From Escherichia phage AV126: a stretch of DNA of 64,000 nt. Below, one piece after another: positions 1 to 9,815 of the stretch. The notes beneath the pieces were generated by a model, which had not been told where the DNA came from, searched no databases, and worked only from the letters and a program-made list of their open reading frames with translations. The position numbers and the translations under genes are program-made. Location: sequence record OR352956.1; one strand, 5' to 3'. Within the stretch, counting starts at the first letter, position 1, and each line of letters begins with the position of its first letter.

Positions 1-414
1 ACTAAGACCTTTATCAATGTGCGCACACGTTTGACCTCCATACTGACTGGAGGCAACAGCTTGAATGATTTGAGTTAGCACTGTAGTAGCTACCCCAATA
101 GATTTTGGTTTTTCTATCTGTGCGGCTCCGATCTTAAAACCATTCTCTAACATATCTTGATAATTAACAAGACAACAGTTTGTAAGAGGAGAGAGCAGAT
201 AATCCAAGTCGTGAATATGCCCAAAACCTTCTGTATGCCATTCTGACAAGTTTTTTGGCAGTATCTGTGTCATTGCCATATGTTTGCTTAAAATCCCCGC
301 CAAGAGATCCCTATGCGTGTTAACGAGGTGGGAAGGTTTGTTTGCATTCTCTCTAGTGTATGTTTCTGAAGTGCGATCTAAAAAAGAAAAAACATCTTGG
401 TACAAATCTTTCAT
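1..414 (-). CDS. nrdD: anaerobic ribonucleoside-triphosphate reductase NrdD, N-terminal fragment (gene continues beyond window start)
   Basis: Minus-strand translation from ATG at 414 gives MKDLYQD..ENANK..RDLLAGILSKH..GHIHDLDY..LTNCCLVN..MLENGFKIGAAQIEKPKSIGVATT..QYGG, colinear with the T4 NrdD N-terminus; AAGGA SD upstream. The ORF-track ORF 284..511(+) is antisense to it. Confidence 0.85.
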   Translation of the reverse strand, partial: MKDLYQDVFSFLDRTSETYTRENANKPSHLVNTHRDLLAGILSKHMAMTQILPKNLSEWHTEGFGHIHDLDYLLSPLTNCCLVNYQDMLENGFKIGAAQIEKPKSIGVATTVLTQIIQAVASSQYGGQTCAHIDKGLS

Positions 415-514
415 TATTAATCCTTATTTTGTGAGTAGAACTATTATTCTACCTCTTCCAACCGAAAAAAGCTTTGAGGAAAATCAAAAAAGGCGCAAAG
501 TGCGCCTTTAAGTT

Positions 515-1864
515 TTATCGTTTGGAGAGGAATTGTCTTCCCATGATCTTACCGTTCTTTACAGCGGTCCCATCATGTCCATTATAATCCCAAGTTCCAT
601 CGATATTACGCAAGAAGCTATCACGAACAGTGTAGGCTTTACCGTTCTCTACTTTACTTTCTTCCACAATGATCGCCATAACAAGCTTATTTTCAATTTC
701 GGTAGTAACCGATTCTTTGATACCTTCTGTAACTTCACGATCATATTGGATATAAACTCGCTCCTCAGTCACTTGCACGTCTACCACATTTTTAAATGTG
801 TAGGTCTGTTGTGTAGTGTAGAGGACACGAACGACACTCTTCTTACCTACTGGCGGCTTCTGACGACGCTTGCGGTAACGTGGAGACGGGTTAAGTTTAA
901 TATAGCCTACAATATCTGATCCATCCCCAGAGTGGCTCCAATAAAGTGTCTCTGCCAACAAACCTTTTCCTTGGTCCCCATTTCGAAAAAGAACATCAAC
1001 AGGACCATCACAAGGGCGTTTACCTCCAATGTGGGCTTGGTATTTTGCTGTTCTTGGGAGAACAAAATATTCTTCAATCTGCCATTCACTATCGTATTTC
1101 TCCCATTCAAAGTGGTTGGCTTTGCATACTTCTAAAACACCATTTTTGTAACGGACTTGAACAAAGTCCTCACAAGGTTGAATACCTGTATTAGGAATAT
1201 AGGTAGGCTCTGTGTCTTCTGGTTCAAAAGTCTCTTTTTGTTGTTCCACATCTTCCACTTTTCTTACATGTTTAGTATAAAACATATCTTTAAACTCCTG
1301 TGCTTCAACCTCGACTGCAAATTCATGTTCTCTGACAGCCGGAGGCACAAGGCTTCCACACTCAAGATGTAGAGCATCCAGACCTGCCATTTTATCGTAA
1401 AAGATAACTTTTCGATACTTCTTACCGTCTTCTGGAATAGCAGGGTCTACTCGTTTAAGACGGGAAGCATCGCTTTTAGTCCAAAAACTCTTCCCTGTTG
1501 TATTATTGAAAGTAGTAATCATTTCTCCAATTTCTTCTTCAGAAAGGTTACTAGTGTCTGTGTAAACATCTTCAATTTTTAGCATTTTAGTTTTCTTAAA
1601 AATTAAATCTAGCATTGCATCTCCTGTAAAACGTAGTTCATTATCTCCTACTGTCGGCTCTCCAGTAAATTCATCGGTCCCGACTGTGTGACAGACGTAT
1701 GGAAAATTTGTGCAACCGTGTAAAAGAGCATATTGTCCTGTAAGTTTAGGATCTGTCTCTTTAGTCCAACCATATGCAATCTCAATAGCTTTGCAAAGCT
1801 TATCGAACAAGCCCCGATTGTTTGCCGCTGTTACCAAATCTTGCTTATGTGCATATACATTCAT
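515..1864 (-). CDS. hypothetical protein (449 aa)
   Basis: Long ORF, GAGGAGG SD, ATGA start/stop overlap with upstream gene; no motif recognised. Confidence 0.6.
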   Translation of the reverse strand: MNVYAHKQDLVTAANNRGLFDKLCKAIEIAYGWTKETDPKLTGQYALLHGCTNFPYVCHTVGTDEFTGEPTVGDNELRFTGDAMLDLIFKKTKMLKIEDVYTDTSNLSEEEIGEMITTFNNTTGKSFWTKSDASRLKRVDPAIPEDGKKYRKVIFYDKMAGLDALHLECGSLVPPAVREHEFAVEVEAQEFKDMFYTKHVRKVEDVEQQKETFEPEDTEPTYIPNTGIQPCEDFVQVRYKNGVLEVCKANHFEWEKYDSEWQIEEYFVLPRTAKYQAHIGGKRPCDGPVDVLFRNGDQGKGLLAETLYWSHSGDGSDIVGYIKLNPSPRYRKRRQKPPVGKKSVVRVLYTTQQTYTFKNVVDVQVTEERVYIQYDREVTEGIKESVTTEIENKLVMAIIVEESKVENGKAYTVRDSFLRNIDGTWDYNGHDGTAVKNGKIMGRQFLSKR

Positions 1865-2415
1865 AATAACCCTCCTCGTTTTATTGCAATAGATGCCCTA
1901 GGCTCTGCGATACCAGTGGCGTATAAATATGGATGACCTTGTGGAGAAGTTCTCATCCCAAACGAACCTAATTCTAACCCATACATATCCTCCACGTCAA
2001 GACCAATATCTGTCTCTATGATTTGAGTTTGAACTTTGTAATACGTCCAAAAGAAATAGCGCATAGTTTCGGCATATTCTTTGACGGACGCTCCTGGATA
2101 AAACTCAATAATTTCCAACTTTAAGAAAATGTTAAAGTGAGCATCATCCAACTCTTCTTCTGTTCGGTAGCAAGGTGTTAGAGCCATATAAGGATGATCT
2201 GTTGAAAATTCAAACCCATCTTTCTCCATCTGGAGGAAAGACTGCTCTGCACTGGCTACGTAGAACTTACCATTAGGATGCCCCAAGGGGCGATCCTCTT
2301 TACCTTCTGGTAATGTATATGCAAGGATATCCGCATCTACAAGATAAGGGACTTCCAACATCTCCGCAAATCGCCCGTAGTAATCAATAGCTTGAGCAAT
2401 AACAGCTACGTTCAT
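1861..2415 (-). CDS. hypothetical protein (184 aa)
   Basis: ORF with AGGAGG SD, translationally coupled to neighbours. Confidence 0.6.
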   Translation of the reverse strand: MNVAVIAQAIDYYGRFAEMLEVPYLVDADILAYTLPEGKEDRPLGHPNGKFYVASAEQSFLQMEKDGFEFSTDHPYMALTPCYRTEEELDDAHFNIFLKLEIIEFYPGASVKEYAETMRYFFWTYYKVQTQIIETDIGLDVEDMYGLELGSFGMRTSPQGHPYLYATGIAEPRASIAIKRGGLL

Positions 2416-2663
2416 GATCTTCCTCCTGTGCGGAAAGCGCGTTTAGTAATGTTGGACATAATGATTAAATCTTGTAAAGTCATATCTGGGAACTGTTGTT
2501 CTAAAACTCCCTCAACAGCCCCTATAATATCTGATAATTCCACAAGTTGCATTATTTTGCAATCCTGTTCAACAGCATCAAAAAGTTCTTCTACTTCCTC
2601 TTTAATCTTTTCTATGCTGCCATAAGGTTGTTTCTTAATGTCTGTTATGTGATACCCCGCCAT
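2412..2663 (-). CDS. hypothetical protein (83 aa)
   Basis: ORF overlapping neighbours by 4 nt (ATGA coupling). Confidence 0.5.
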   Translation of the reverse strand: MAGYHITDIKKQPYGSIEKIKEEVEELFDAVEQDCKIMQLVELSDIIGAVEGVLEQQFPDMTLQDLIIMSNITKRAFRTGGRS

Positions 2664-4256
2664 TTAACGATCCTCTCTGATTTGATTAATCTTACGAGCA
2701 AGGGCAGCTATAAGCTTATCTTCTTCAGATACAGGAGCCGTGCTCTTACCTAAACGATGCATGTCTAAAATCTCTTGAACAGTCCGGTTCCATTGCAGAC
2801 ATTTAATACAACGTGTATGTGCAACATACAGAAGATTTCGTTCTGATTCTTCAAGACCTACCCACTCACCCTTCTTATCATAATTAGAAGGGAAGTCATT
2901 TGCAACAATAACCTGATCCCATTCCAAACCTTTTGATTTGTGGGCTGTAGTTAAAGTAACTTTAGCCGTTGGAGAGTTACGGTGCATACGTAAAGTGTAT
3001 GCAATATTATTAGCTTTACCAGAAACAACGATGTTTAAAAGTCGTTTTGCATCAGGATCTGATTCTGCACACTCTACAAATTCTTCCCAAGAAGTGTAAG
3101 GGAGAACTGTCTCATGCTTAACTTTGTCCAAATCACCTCTACGTAAAGCATTAACACTATCAACCATAGAAATGAAATCTTTGGTATCTACGTTAATAAT
3201 AATCTCTTCTCCGTTAGCGATTCGGTCCATAGCTTCGAGCAACAAAGTCAAATTCTTACGGAAAATAATAGTGTAAGGTTTACTATAATCTACCACATCA
3301 GAATGAAAACTTCCAGTGACAGTATCATAACCTTTGCCTACCAACGGATGCTTCAGAGGTGAGCGATCAGAAAGGATCGCATTAGCAATGTCCGCAACTT
3401 TAGGACCAAAGCGAAAACAAGCTGTCAGAGGCAACTCAACCCCATATGTAGCTGTTTGCTTCATCATGTTCTGGCTTCCACGGAACTGATAAATACTCTG
3501 AAATTCATCACCCACAACAACAATACGTTTAGCCGATTTAGCATTGCGAAGGATAGACAGGAATGCAGGGTTAACATCCTGGAATTCATCTCCAAAAATA
3601 ATATCGTATCCTAAGTCTTCTTTGCTCAATTCAAAGAGTTTCACATAGGTGTCATGAGTCATAATGGTTTCTGATTTAGGATCAATACGCTCACGCCAAA
3701 GTTGCTTCGCATATTTAACAACTTCATTAATAAGTTTTTGTTCGTTGATGTTTTTACGTTTTAAGTCTGACATGTGCACTTTAGGAAAATGTTTATGTCC
3801 GATATGTTCATCGTCAGAAAACTCATATTTAGCTAAAGTTTGTTTTACCATTAACCCGATCATTGCACGAGTCAGTAGCACTTTACCATTCTTATCGATC
3901 AAGTTCTGAATCTTGAATTTCTTGGCAATCTCACTACCAGTGCCAGCTACGTTAACATATTGACCTTCTGGACGAGATAATTTGTGTCGAAGGTTTTGTG
4001 GAAGACGCTGGTAACAGATAGAATGTAGCGTTCGGCACATAACATTGGGCGGCATTTTACGTCGAGCTTCCTCTGCCATACTTTTGTTAAATGCTAAGTA
4101 TAGAATACTATCATTTGTGCCATTAGCCAACATATACAGCGTTGACGTTTTACCTGATCCAGATTTAGCTTGAATTGTAACGAAACGATTTTCTTGATAC
4201 CCACTTTCAATAGCGTATTGTTCATCGGTAGGTGTAAAACTCAATTGTGTAGACAC
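2664..4256 (-). CDS. UvrD/Rep-like superfamily-1 DNA helicase (530 aa)
   Basis: SF1 motifs in order: AKSGSGKT (Walker A), GDEFQD (motif II), VVGDEFQSIYQFRG (III), TAHKSKGLEWD (V), YVAHTR (VI). Confidence 0.75.
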   Translation of the reverse strand: MSTQLSFTPTDEQYAIESGYQENRFVTIQAKSGSGKTSTLYMLANGTNDSILYLAFNKSMAEEARRKMPPNVMCRTLHSICYQRLPQNLRHKLSRPEGQYVNVAGTGSEIAKKFKIQNLIDKNGKVLLTRAMIGLMVKQTLAKYEFSDDEHIGHKHFPKVHMSDLKRKNINEQKLINEVVKYAKQLWRERIDPKSETIMTHDTYVKLFELSKEDLGYDIIFGDEFQDVNPAFLSILRNAKSAKRIVVVGDEFQSIYQFRGSQNMMKQTATYGVELPLTACFRFGPKVADIANAILSDRSPLKHPLVGKGYDTVTGSFHSDVVDYSKPYTIIFRKNLTLLLEAMDRIANGEEIIINVDTKDFISMVDSVNALRRGDLDKVKHETVLPYTSWEEFVECAESDPDAKRLLNIVVSGKANNIAYTLRMHRNSPTAKVTLTTAHKSKGLEWDQVIVANDFPSNYDKKGEWVGLEESERNLLYVAHTRCIKCLQWNRTVQEILDMHRLGKSTAPVSEEDKLIAALARKINQIREDR

Positions 4257-4270
4257 GTATTTCTCCTCTC

Positions 4271-4786
4271 TTAATAAAAACTCTTGACAATCCTCATCAT
4301 TTCCTTAGCTCTGCTGGCGTAAGGTTCTTTTAGATTAGGTGGCAAATGTGCATTAATGTATCCCATTTGTTTTTCCCATGTCCACTTATCTTTAAATCTT
4401 GGCATGGTGTCTCCTGCTAAACTGTTTTCTTTTCGTGTTTGAATAATCCAATTACATGGAAAATGCACACCACCTTTACGGAAGGGAATATAATGTCCCA
4501 ATGTGAATGCCTTATTGTTCTTTAAACGTCCAGCTAAATTAAGATTAACAATAAGACTACGAAACACGTAGTATTGATAAAGATTGTCAACAGTATATAC
4601 AGAGTAGTATGCTCTAAGTGCATTATCTCTACTAAGATTACCAACATCCAAACTGCACCAGTTTAAATTACTTGGATCGTAGTTGTGATTATCAATCCAT
4701 TCTTCTCTTTCCTCAAATTCTGCATTAACAGCAGACTGCCCTGCTGTAGATACAAAAAGAGAATTTGCATCAAAGAACATACTCAC
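4271..4786 (-). CDS. hypothetical protein (171 aa)
   Basis: ORF co-oriented and tightly packed. Confidence 0.55.
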   Translation of the reverse strand: MSMFFDANSLFVSTAGQSAVNAEFEEREEWIDNHNYDPSNLNWCSLDVGNLSRDNALRAYYSVYTVDNLYQYYVFRSLIVNLNLAGRLKNNKAFTLGHYIPFRKGGVHFPCNWIIQTRKENSLAGDTMPRFKDKWTWEKQMGYINAHLPPNLKEPYASRAKEMMRIVKSFY

Positions 4787-4793
4787 TCCCCCT

Positions 4794-5147
4794 TTAGTTT
4801 ACATCGTTTAGAGCATTACCAATCTTTAAGATAATAACATCGTTAAGAGCTTCTTCTCCATTAAGGCCAGAGAAAGCAGGAGTAACGAAAGTTACCATAT
4901 AATAATGGTCTTCTTGTAGGATTGCGATAACGCCGTCTAGTTTAACATCTCCTGTGAAACGAAAAACTTTCAACTTTTGTTCTAAAGGAAGATCTCCTTC
5001 AACATTTAAAACCATATCTCCGACACCAAACTTTTCTGCCCCGATGTAGATGTAAGCTTGGTCCTCTTTTTTATGATAATACAATGTTGCTTGTTTGTCT
5101 TGTAGTGTTGTGATACCAAACACATCTACATCAATAATATTTTTCAA
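4794..5147 (-). CDS. hypothetical protein (117 aa)
   Basis: ORF co-oriented and tightly packed. Confidence 0.55.
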   Translation of the reverse strand: MKNIIDVDVFGITTLQDKQATLYYHKKEDQAYIYIGAEKFGVGDMVLNVEGDLPLEQKLKVFRFTGDVKLDGVIAILQEDHYYMVTFVTPAFSGLNGEEALNDVIILKIGNALNDVN

Positions 5148-5260
5148 AAAATTCTCCTCTTATTTTGTGTTGACCTTATTTCACATTAACCTGTGGGATA
5201 CAGAGTTGCGAGATCTGTTTAGAACCTTACCAATCCCTGCATGACTACACCCTTCACTAT

Positions 5261-5623
5261 TTAACCTAAACACATACGTGCGATCAGACCCTGGATGAGT
5301 TTATCTGCTTCTTCACGATCATAGTCGGTATCTTCTATACCACCATCTTCGTCACGATAAACTTTACCTTCCAGGTACCCAGCATCGATCAAACCAATAA
5401 TCAAATCAAACTGCCAGCAAGAGTTACCGAAAGGGCGTTTTCCACTGAAACTGTCTTCTTCTTCCCAAAGTGTAGAGAGCAGTCGTCTGAAATATTCACG
5501 CACAGTAACAGTTCCAAGATCATCGTCTTCAAAAACAACATCTAAAGCATCTGGTTCAGCTTTCTCTACAACAGGCACATAACGTTGACCATTAATAACA
5601 ACATCTACAATCGTTTCTCTCAT
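5261..5623 (-). CDS. hypothetical protein (120 aa)
   Basis: ORF; 4-nt overlap with downstream gene. Confidence 0.55.
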   Translation of the reverse strand: MRETIVDVVINGQRYVPVVEKAEPDALDVVFEDDDLGTVTVREYFRRLLSTLWEEEDSFSGKRPFGNSCWQFDLIIGLIDAGYLEGKVYRDEDGGIEDTDYDREEADKLIQGLIARMCLG

Positions 5624-5982
5624 TTTTCCTCCTTCTTGTATTCTAAGAACATGTCAACTTCATAAGCTGTCCGTTCATCAAATTTGCTAGGATCTACTAA
5701 AATAAAAAGTTGTTTATTTATATCTTGAAACTCTTTTACTACAATGTAAAGGTGTTTCTTACAAGAGAAGCCTGTTGCTTGATAAGCATCACCCCAATCA
5801 TCCACACCTTTTAATGTTTCTACATACTTACATTTTATTTTATCTTTACCGTCTTGGTAAAGTGCTTCACCTCCGAACCATGTGAAGAATTTAGTGCGAT
5901 CTGCCCCAACCTTAAAGCCGTCACGAGCAAAAACACCAGCAGAGGCTAATAACAGCAAGGCAAACAGCACTTTTCTCATCAC
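5620..5982 (-). CDS. hypothetical secreted protein (120 aa)
   Basis: N-terminal signal-peptide-like MMRKVLFALLLLASAGVFA. Confidence 0.55.
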   Translation of the reverse strand: MMRKVLFALLLLASAGVFARDGFKVGADRTKFFTWFGGEALYQDGKDKIKCKYVETLKGVDDWGDAYQATGFSCKKHLYIVVKEFQDINKQLFILVDPSKFDERTAYEVDMFLEYKKEEK

Positions 5983-6287
5983 ATCTCCTCGTCGGACTTC
6001 AAGGCTTTAGAGAATACTACATTAAACATTTCACCGCAACCATTATTAACATAATACATGATGTAATTATCATCTTCGTCTACAGGCGCACGATACTCCA
6101 GTTCATAACTATACAAATTAGAATTACTTGTGCAACCTTGTGGATACCAAAAGTAAAGTTCACCACAAGATTCTACCCATTTAAGACCAGTCCGATCTTC
6201 AAATACTAATGTAGATGGATTTTCTGAATCTTTTACAGCTTCTTCGTAATACTGGTGCACCGTAACTGCTAATGATAATGTACTCAT
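5979..6287 (-). CDS. hypothetical protein (about 102 aa)
   Basis: ORF; ATG at 6287 preceded by GGAGG (ORF track starts at in-frame GTG 6290). Confidence 0.5.
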   Translation of the reverse strand: MSTLSLAVTVHQYYEEAVKDSENPSTLVFEDRTGLKWVESCGELYFWYPQGCTSNSNLYSYELEYRAPVDEDDNYIMYYVNNGCGEMFNVVFSKALKSDEEM

Positions 6288-6460
6288 CACGCCTCCAAAT
6301 AGTGTTTACAAATGACAAAACGCCATGTTTGTTTGTAGTAGTCTCTTTTTTCAAGAGCCTCTTTGTAAGAGGGTATACGTTGCGACAGAAGCGTCCATTC
6401 ACAATCTGCACCCATTCTTCCATAAAGCGCGTAACGGATGTTACTTTGTTTATCTCCCAT
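6287..6460 (-). CDS. hypothetical small protein (57 aa)
   Basis: ATG at 6460 with AAGGAGG SD 5 nt upstream; TGA overlaps next start; in a gap the ORF track leaves to an overlapping out-of-frame ORF. Confidence 0.35.
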   Translation of the reverse strand: MGDKQSNIRYALYGRMGADCEWTLLSQRIPSYKEALEKRDYYKQTWRFVICKHYLEA

Positions 6461-6503
6461 AAATGCCTCCTTAATCTTGTTTACAAGTATACCCTCTAAT
6501 TAG

Positions 6504-6701
6504 TTACACTTTTTCCCAAGTACCAAAAGCACAGGAAGGGTAGATTCCAACTTGAGGGTTTCCGTTATCATCTTTGAAAGTAAAACTGTTGTTGTCTTTA
6601 TCAAGAACTGTAGAATAAATCTTACCAACAGTAACGCAGTTGGAAGCTTGACCCAGTTCAGTGAGAGTAAGACATTTCATTTTCTGTTTCTTTGTAGCCA
6701 T
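6504..6701 (-). CDS. hypothetical protein (65 aa)
   Basis: ORF in gene-dense minus block. Confidence 0.45.
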   Translation of the reverse strand: MATKKQKMKCLTLTELGQASNCVTVGKIYSTVLDKDNNSFTFKDDNGNPQVGIYPSCAFGTWEKV

Positions 6702-6783
6702 TTATAAAATCTCCTTAGTAAGTGAATCTTTATTCTACACAAAGAGCTTTGCACATGTCAAGTAACTCTTTGTCAGATTAGTC

Positions 6784-7053
6784 TTAATGATTAGTGATGT
6801 TGATGACAATCTTAGTTTCAACCTTAGCCCAACAGTAGTCTGCTTCATTAAAACGACTAGTCACAATGTATTCTCCTGCACGAGAACCTGTTAAGCACAC
6901 TGCACCTGTATCTGTAGCTAAGTAGTAGTCCCGTTCTTGTTCACTTACTTCTGAATCGTAGTAGTAGAAAACAGACATAGGTTCAATTTCATCTAAACGA
7001 TATAATTTTGGAACAGGGGATTTCTCGATAAACTCGATAGAAGTCTTACTCAT
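6784..7053 (-). CDS. hypothetical protein (89 aa)
   Basis: ORF; 4-nt overlap with upstream gene. Confidence 0.5.
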   Translation of the reverse strand: MSKTSIEFIEKSPVPKLYRLDEIEPMSVFYYYDSEVSEQERDYYLATDTGAVCLTGSRAGEYIVTSRFNEADYCWAKVETKIVINITNH

Positions 7054-7286
7054 TTGTTTTCTCCTAGATCTAAACTAATTAAGAAGTCACGAAGGATGAT
7101 CATTTGTTCTGTAGATAATGATAATACACCTTCTCCATAAATATCACCAGACCATTCAGCAGTTAGATCTAGTGTACCAGTACCAGGAAACCAATCAACA
7201 GTGATCTGATTACCATTAGAGTCAGGTAGTATTTCACTGACTAACATAACACACTCTCCTATTATTGTTCTTGATCTTACGATCAT
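7050..7286 (-). CDS. hypothetical protein (78 aa)
   Basis: ORF preceded (minus sense) by repeat element at 7364-7422. Confidence 0.5.
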   Translation of the reverse strand: MIVRSRTIIGECVMLVSEILPDSNGNQITVDWFPGTGTLDLTAEWSGDIYGEGVLSLSTEQMIILRDFLISLDLGENK

Positions 7287-7363
7287 CTACCGATAAGAAC
7301 AAGTACTTAAATCTCTGTTCTTCGAACATCTAACGATAGAGATTAATCTATTACATAATCTAT

Positions 7364-7422
7364 ACTCGCTATCGCTCGACCCTTCGGGGTTAGGGTAGCA
7401 TATTTTTTGAAAAAAAGTCAAC
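7364..7422. repeat. ~58-bp repeated intergenic element, copy 1
   Basis: ACTCGCTATCGCTCG + UUCG-loop hairpin + TTAGGGTAGCATATTTTTTGAAAAAAAGTCAAC; second copy at 41294-41351 in same orientation; minus sense reads TTGACT-N18-TACCCT. Confidence 0.6.
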
Positions 7423-7741
7423 ACTTATTTTTGGTAAGTAGAGAAATCAATTGTTCACCTGCTTCTGGTGCATATAGTGCTTTAGTATCGAAGTCAAAGA
7501 AGTGAGTGACCCCTGTTACTTTGGATGCCTGAATAGATAATCGTGCAAGCTTAAGCAGATTATCCATTTCCGCAATCTTTGCACGAAATACTGCACGTGT
7601 AGCGTCAAAAGCTGCATGTGGCATGTATTTACGATTTAGACTACTACGTTTAAATTTACGATAATCTGCAATGATCTTGTTACGTTCTTTGTTCAAGTGC
7701 TTTACCAGTGCAGTGTATACATGTGGTTCTTTGTTAGCCAT
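7418..7741 (-). CDS. hypothetical protein (107 aa)
   Basis: ATG at 7741 with GAGGAG SD chosen over ORF-track start at 7774. Confidence 0.5.
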   Translation of the reverse strand: MANKEPHVYTALVKHLNKERNKIIADYRKFKRSSLNRKYMPHAAFDATRAVFRAKIAEMDNLLKLARLSIQASKVTGVTHFFDFDTKALYAPEAGEQLISLLTKNKC

Positions 7742-7946
7742 TGTTAATCTCCTCTTCATATGTTGGTAGTGCATGGTATGCGATCACAGGTGCCAAGTCA
7801 AAATAAAAATGACCATTGATAACAGCTATCGTGCCATTGCGTGTTTTGTTAACTTCACAGAATCCTTTCTTGCCGTTTGCCATGATTACAAGCCACTCTC
7901 CGATAGGAACATCCTCGGTACCAGATACTTTAATCCATCCACTCAC
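7734..7946 (-). CDS. hypothetical protein (70 aa)
   Basis: ORF, coupled to neighbours. Confidence 0.5.
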   Translation of the reverse strand: MSGWIKVSGTEDVPIGEWLVIMANGKKGFCEVNKTRNGTIAVINGHFYFDLAPVIAYHALPTYEEEINNG

Positions 7947-8200
7947 TTTACTTCCCCTTTGTAATCGGACACTATACCAGGTCTTACTTTTGCCTTAAGA
8001 TGTTTCAACTCTGCCATAGGAGTTGCCACTTGTATAGGGTTAACTTCAACCTCGTAGATAGTATACTCATAACCCGCATACTTCCCGATGGAATGCAGGT
8101 ATTTGATAGCATGTTCAGGTGAATCTGCTTCAACATACCCCAAATCTTTTGTAGTGCGGCCTTCACAGTCGCCTTCTGTAGTTACGTGATAAAGTGTCAT
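7943..8200 (-). CDS. hypothetical protein (85 aa)
   Basis: ORF, coupled to neighbours. Confidence 0.5.
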   Translation of the reverse strand: MTLYHVTTEGDCEGRTTKDLGYVEADSPEHAIKYLHSIGKYAGYEYTIYEVEVNPIQVATPMAELKHLKAKVRPGIVSDYKGEVK

Positions 8201-8520
8201 AAAACCTCCTTCTTGTTGGCTGCTTCAATCATAGCGTTAAGAGTCTCCATACCGCTTTCAACTGCTTGAGCAATCTCTTGGAACACAGACTTCTTAAAGA
8301 TGTATAAAGACCCTGCCTGTAAGCGTTGCACACAACATAAGATCGCTTGGTGATCCATCAGGAAGTCGCCGTAGGCTGAATCAATCTTACCTGTAATTGG
8401 GTTGTCTCGTGAGCGAGGATCGTATTCTAATGTGATATGCGTTACACCAGGTAAAGTAACAAACTGACAACGGATGTTGACACGTGGTGTAATTGACACG
8501 CTAAACAGGCTGTTTGACAT
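8197..8520 (-). CDS. hypothetical protein (107 aa)
   Basis: ATG at 8520 with GAGGAGG SD. Confidence 0.55.
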   Translation of the reverse strand: MSNSLFSVSITPRVNIRCQFVTLPGVTHITLEYDPRSRDNPITGKIDSAYGDFLMDHQAILCCVQRLQAGSLYIFKKSVFQEIAQAVESGMETLNAMIEAANKKEVL

Positions 8521-8667
8521 TTAAACCTCCTCGTAGTAAGGTAAAGCTTTAATCAATTGTTCTGAAGCGCCATTCTCTATCCATGTAGCCCCGTTGTCAA
8601 GAGAAACATACCCTTTCTTATCGATAAATTTACGGAGACAACCAGTGAACTTGTTTTTGTAGATCAT
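8521..8667 (-). CDS. hypothetical small protein (48 aa)
   Basis: ATG at 8667 overlaps TGA of upstream gene (ATGA); AAGGA SD; fills gap between annotated ORFs. Confidence 0.35.
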   Translation of the reverse strand: MIYKNKFTGCLRKFIDKKGYVSLDNGATWIENGASEQLIKALPYYEEV

Positions 8668-9107
8668 TTCTTCTTTCCTTTCTTTAATTTGTTGTGACCT
8701 TTACCCTTATAAAGCTTGTGATTACGAGCAGACGGGTTATTTTGGTTATCCAGTCGGCTAATAGGTGTCTTCCAAAGATTCCCTGCTACAAAAGAGGCTG
8801 CCACAAGTTCTTCCAGGTATACAAAATCCAAAGCAGGTATCTTTGTTTCCCTTATCTCGCGTTCTACATTAGACAACACGCCTTCTTCCTTACTGTCTTC
8901 TTTTTCAATTACAGACCAACCCTCTTCCTGCCAAGCTTCCCCTCTGAACCAAGTTTCCATGTTATAACCTTGTTCGTCGAGAATAACACCATCTCGCATC
9001 TCAAACCATTCGCCACCACAAAAATGGCGGTGCTCAACACGTCTACCTTCCTTCATTGCTTCTTTAGCTTCGGGCCAAGTCAGTTTGATGTTTTGGATGT
9101 TTTGCAT
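8664..9107 (-). CDS. hypothetical protein (147 aa), lysine-rich C-terminus
   Basis: First gene of leftward block; N-terminus LTWPEAKEAMKEGRRVEHRHF faintly resembles DUF2829-type proteins (see rejected notes). Confidence 0.5.
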   Translation of the reverse strand: MQNIQNIKLTWPEAKEAMKEGRRVEHRHFCGGEWFEMRDGVILDEQGYNMETWFRGEAWQEEGWSVIEKEDSKEEGVLSNVEREIRETKIPALDFVYLEELVAASFVAGNLWKTPISRLDNQNNPSARNHKLYKGKGHNKLKKGKKK

Positions 9108-9221
9108 TTGTTTTCTCCTTTTGTTTGGTAGGAGTTGATCTTAACAAGATTAAAAAGTATGTCAATACTTGATCTGAAATTATTTTCAGGTATCATGTAT
9201 GAACATTAACAAGAGAGGTAG

Positions 9222-9515
9222 ATGATGAACATTACTTTAGCAACTAAGAATATTTCTGAAACAATTAACGGTTTTGGTGTTATTGTAGCCTTGCACGGTA
9301 ACAACGAGAAATGGTTGGCTTCTTTTGAAGAGGATCGTCAACACAACATCATTTTAGACGCTCCTATAAAAGTTATGCATATACTTGGTGAAAACAAAGT
9401 GCTCACTTCCTCCCGTTCAAAGGAACAAATTACAAACGAATTAGTAAAACTGCTTGACAATGTTCTTAACATGTTTGATAATGCACCCATCGATACAAAA
9501 CGTGTCTTAATGTGA
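9222..9515 (+). CDS. hypothetical protein (97 aa)
   Basis: First gene of rightward block after divergent intergenic region. Confidence 0.5.
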   Translation: MMNITLATKNISETINGFGVIVALHGNNEKWLASFEEDRQHNIILDAPIKVMHILGENKVLTSSRSKEQITNELVKLLDNVLNMFDNAPIDTKRVLM

Positions 9516-9527
9516 GAGGAGAACAAA

Positions 9528-9815
9528 ATGTACTATTCACAAGACGAAGCAGCAAACATTAAACTGGCAGTGGGCGATCTTATTGTGTCACCTAACTACC
9601 ATTGGGATAACACAGACTTGGTTGAAGTAGTAACCCATGTTGGAGTTGAAGGTATTGTGCTCTACACACTAGGTGGAGGTGTTGTTGGGGAAATGGAACG
9701 TTATACAACGACCAAGAAACTGGTAAGCTCTTATCGCATGTTTTTACACCAAGGTTCTGAAGAGTATACAGCTTTCTTGTCGAAATTAGATGCAGATCGG
9801 GAGAATGCACGATGA
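9528..9815 (+). CDS. hypothetical protein (95 aa)
   Basis: ATG preceded by GAGAGGA. Confidence 0.5.
   Translation: MYYSQDEAANIKLAVGDLIVSPNYHWDNTDLVEVVTHVGVEGIVLYTLGGGVVGEMERYTTTKKLVSSYRMFLHQGSEEYTAFLSKLDADRENAR

Noticed and set aside
284-511. ORF-track ORF (75 aa, plus strand)
   Set aside because: Lies antisense to the nrdD coding sequence (1..414, minus strand), which has clear homology; no SD.
7287-7417. T4 late (TATAAATA) or MotA-dependent middle promoters
   Set aside because: No clear TATAAATA or MotA-box (TGCTT at -30) instances were seen in the intergenic regions; promoters found are sigma70-like early type.
8664-9107. Possible DUF2829 / Tad2-like anti-defence protein
   Set aside because: Only a loose N-terminal resemblance (EA..AMKEG+RV.R..F) recalled from memory; too weak to call without a profile search. 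Kept as hypothetical.
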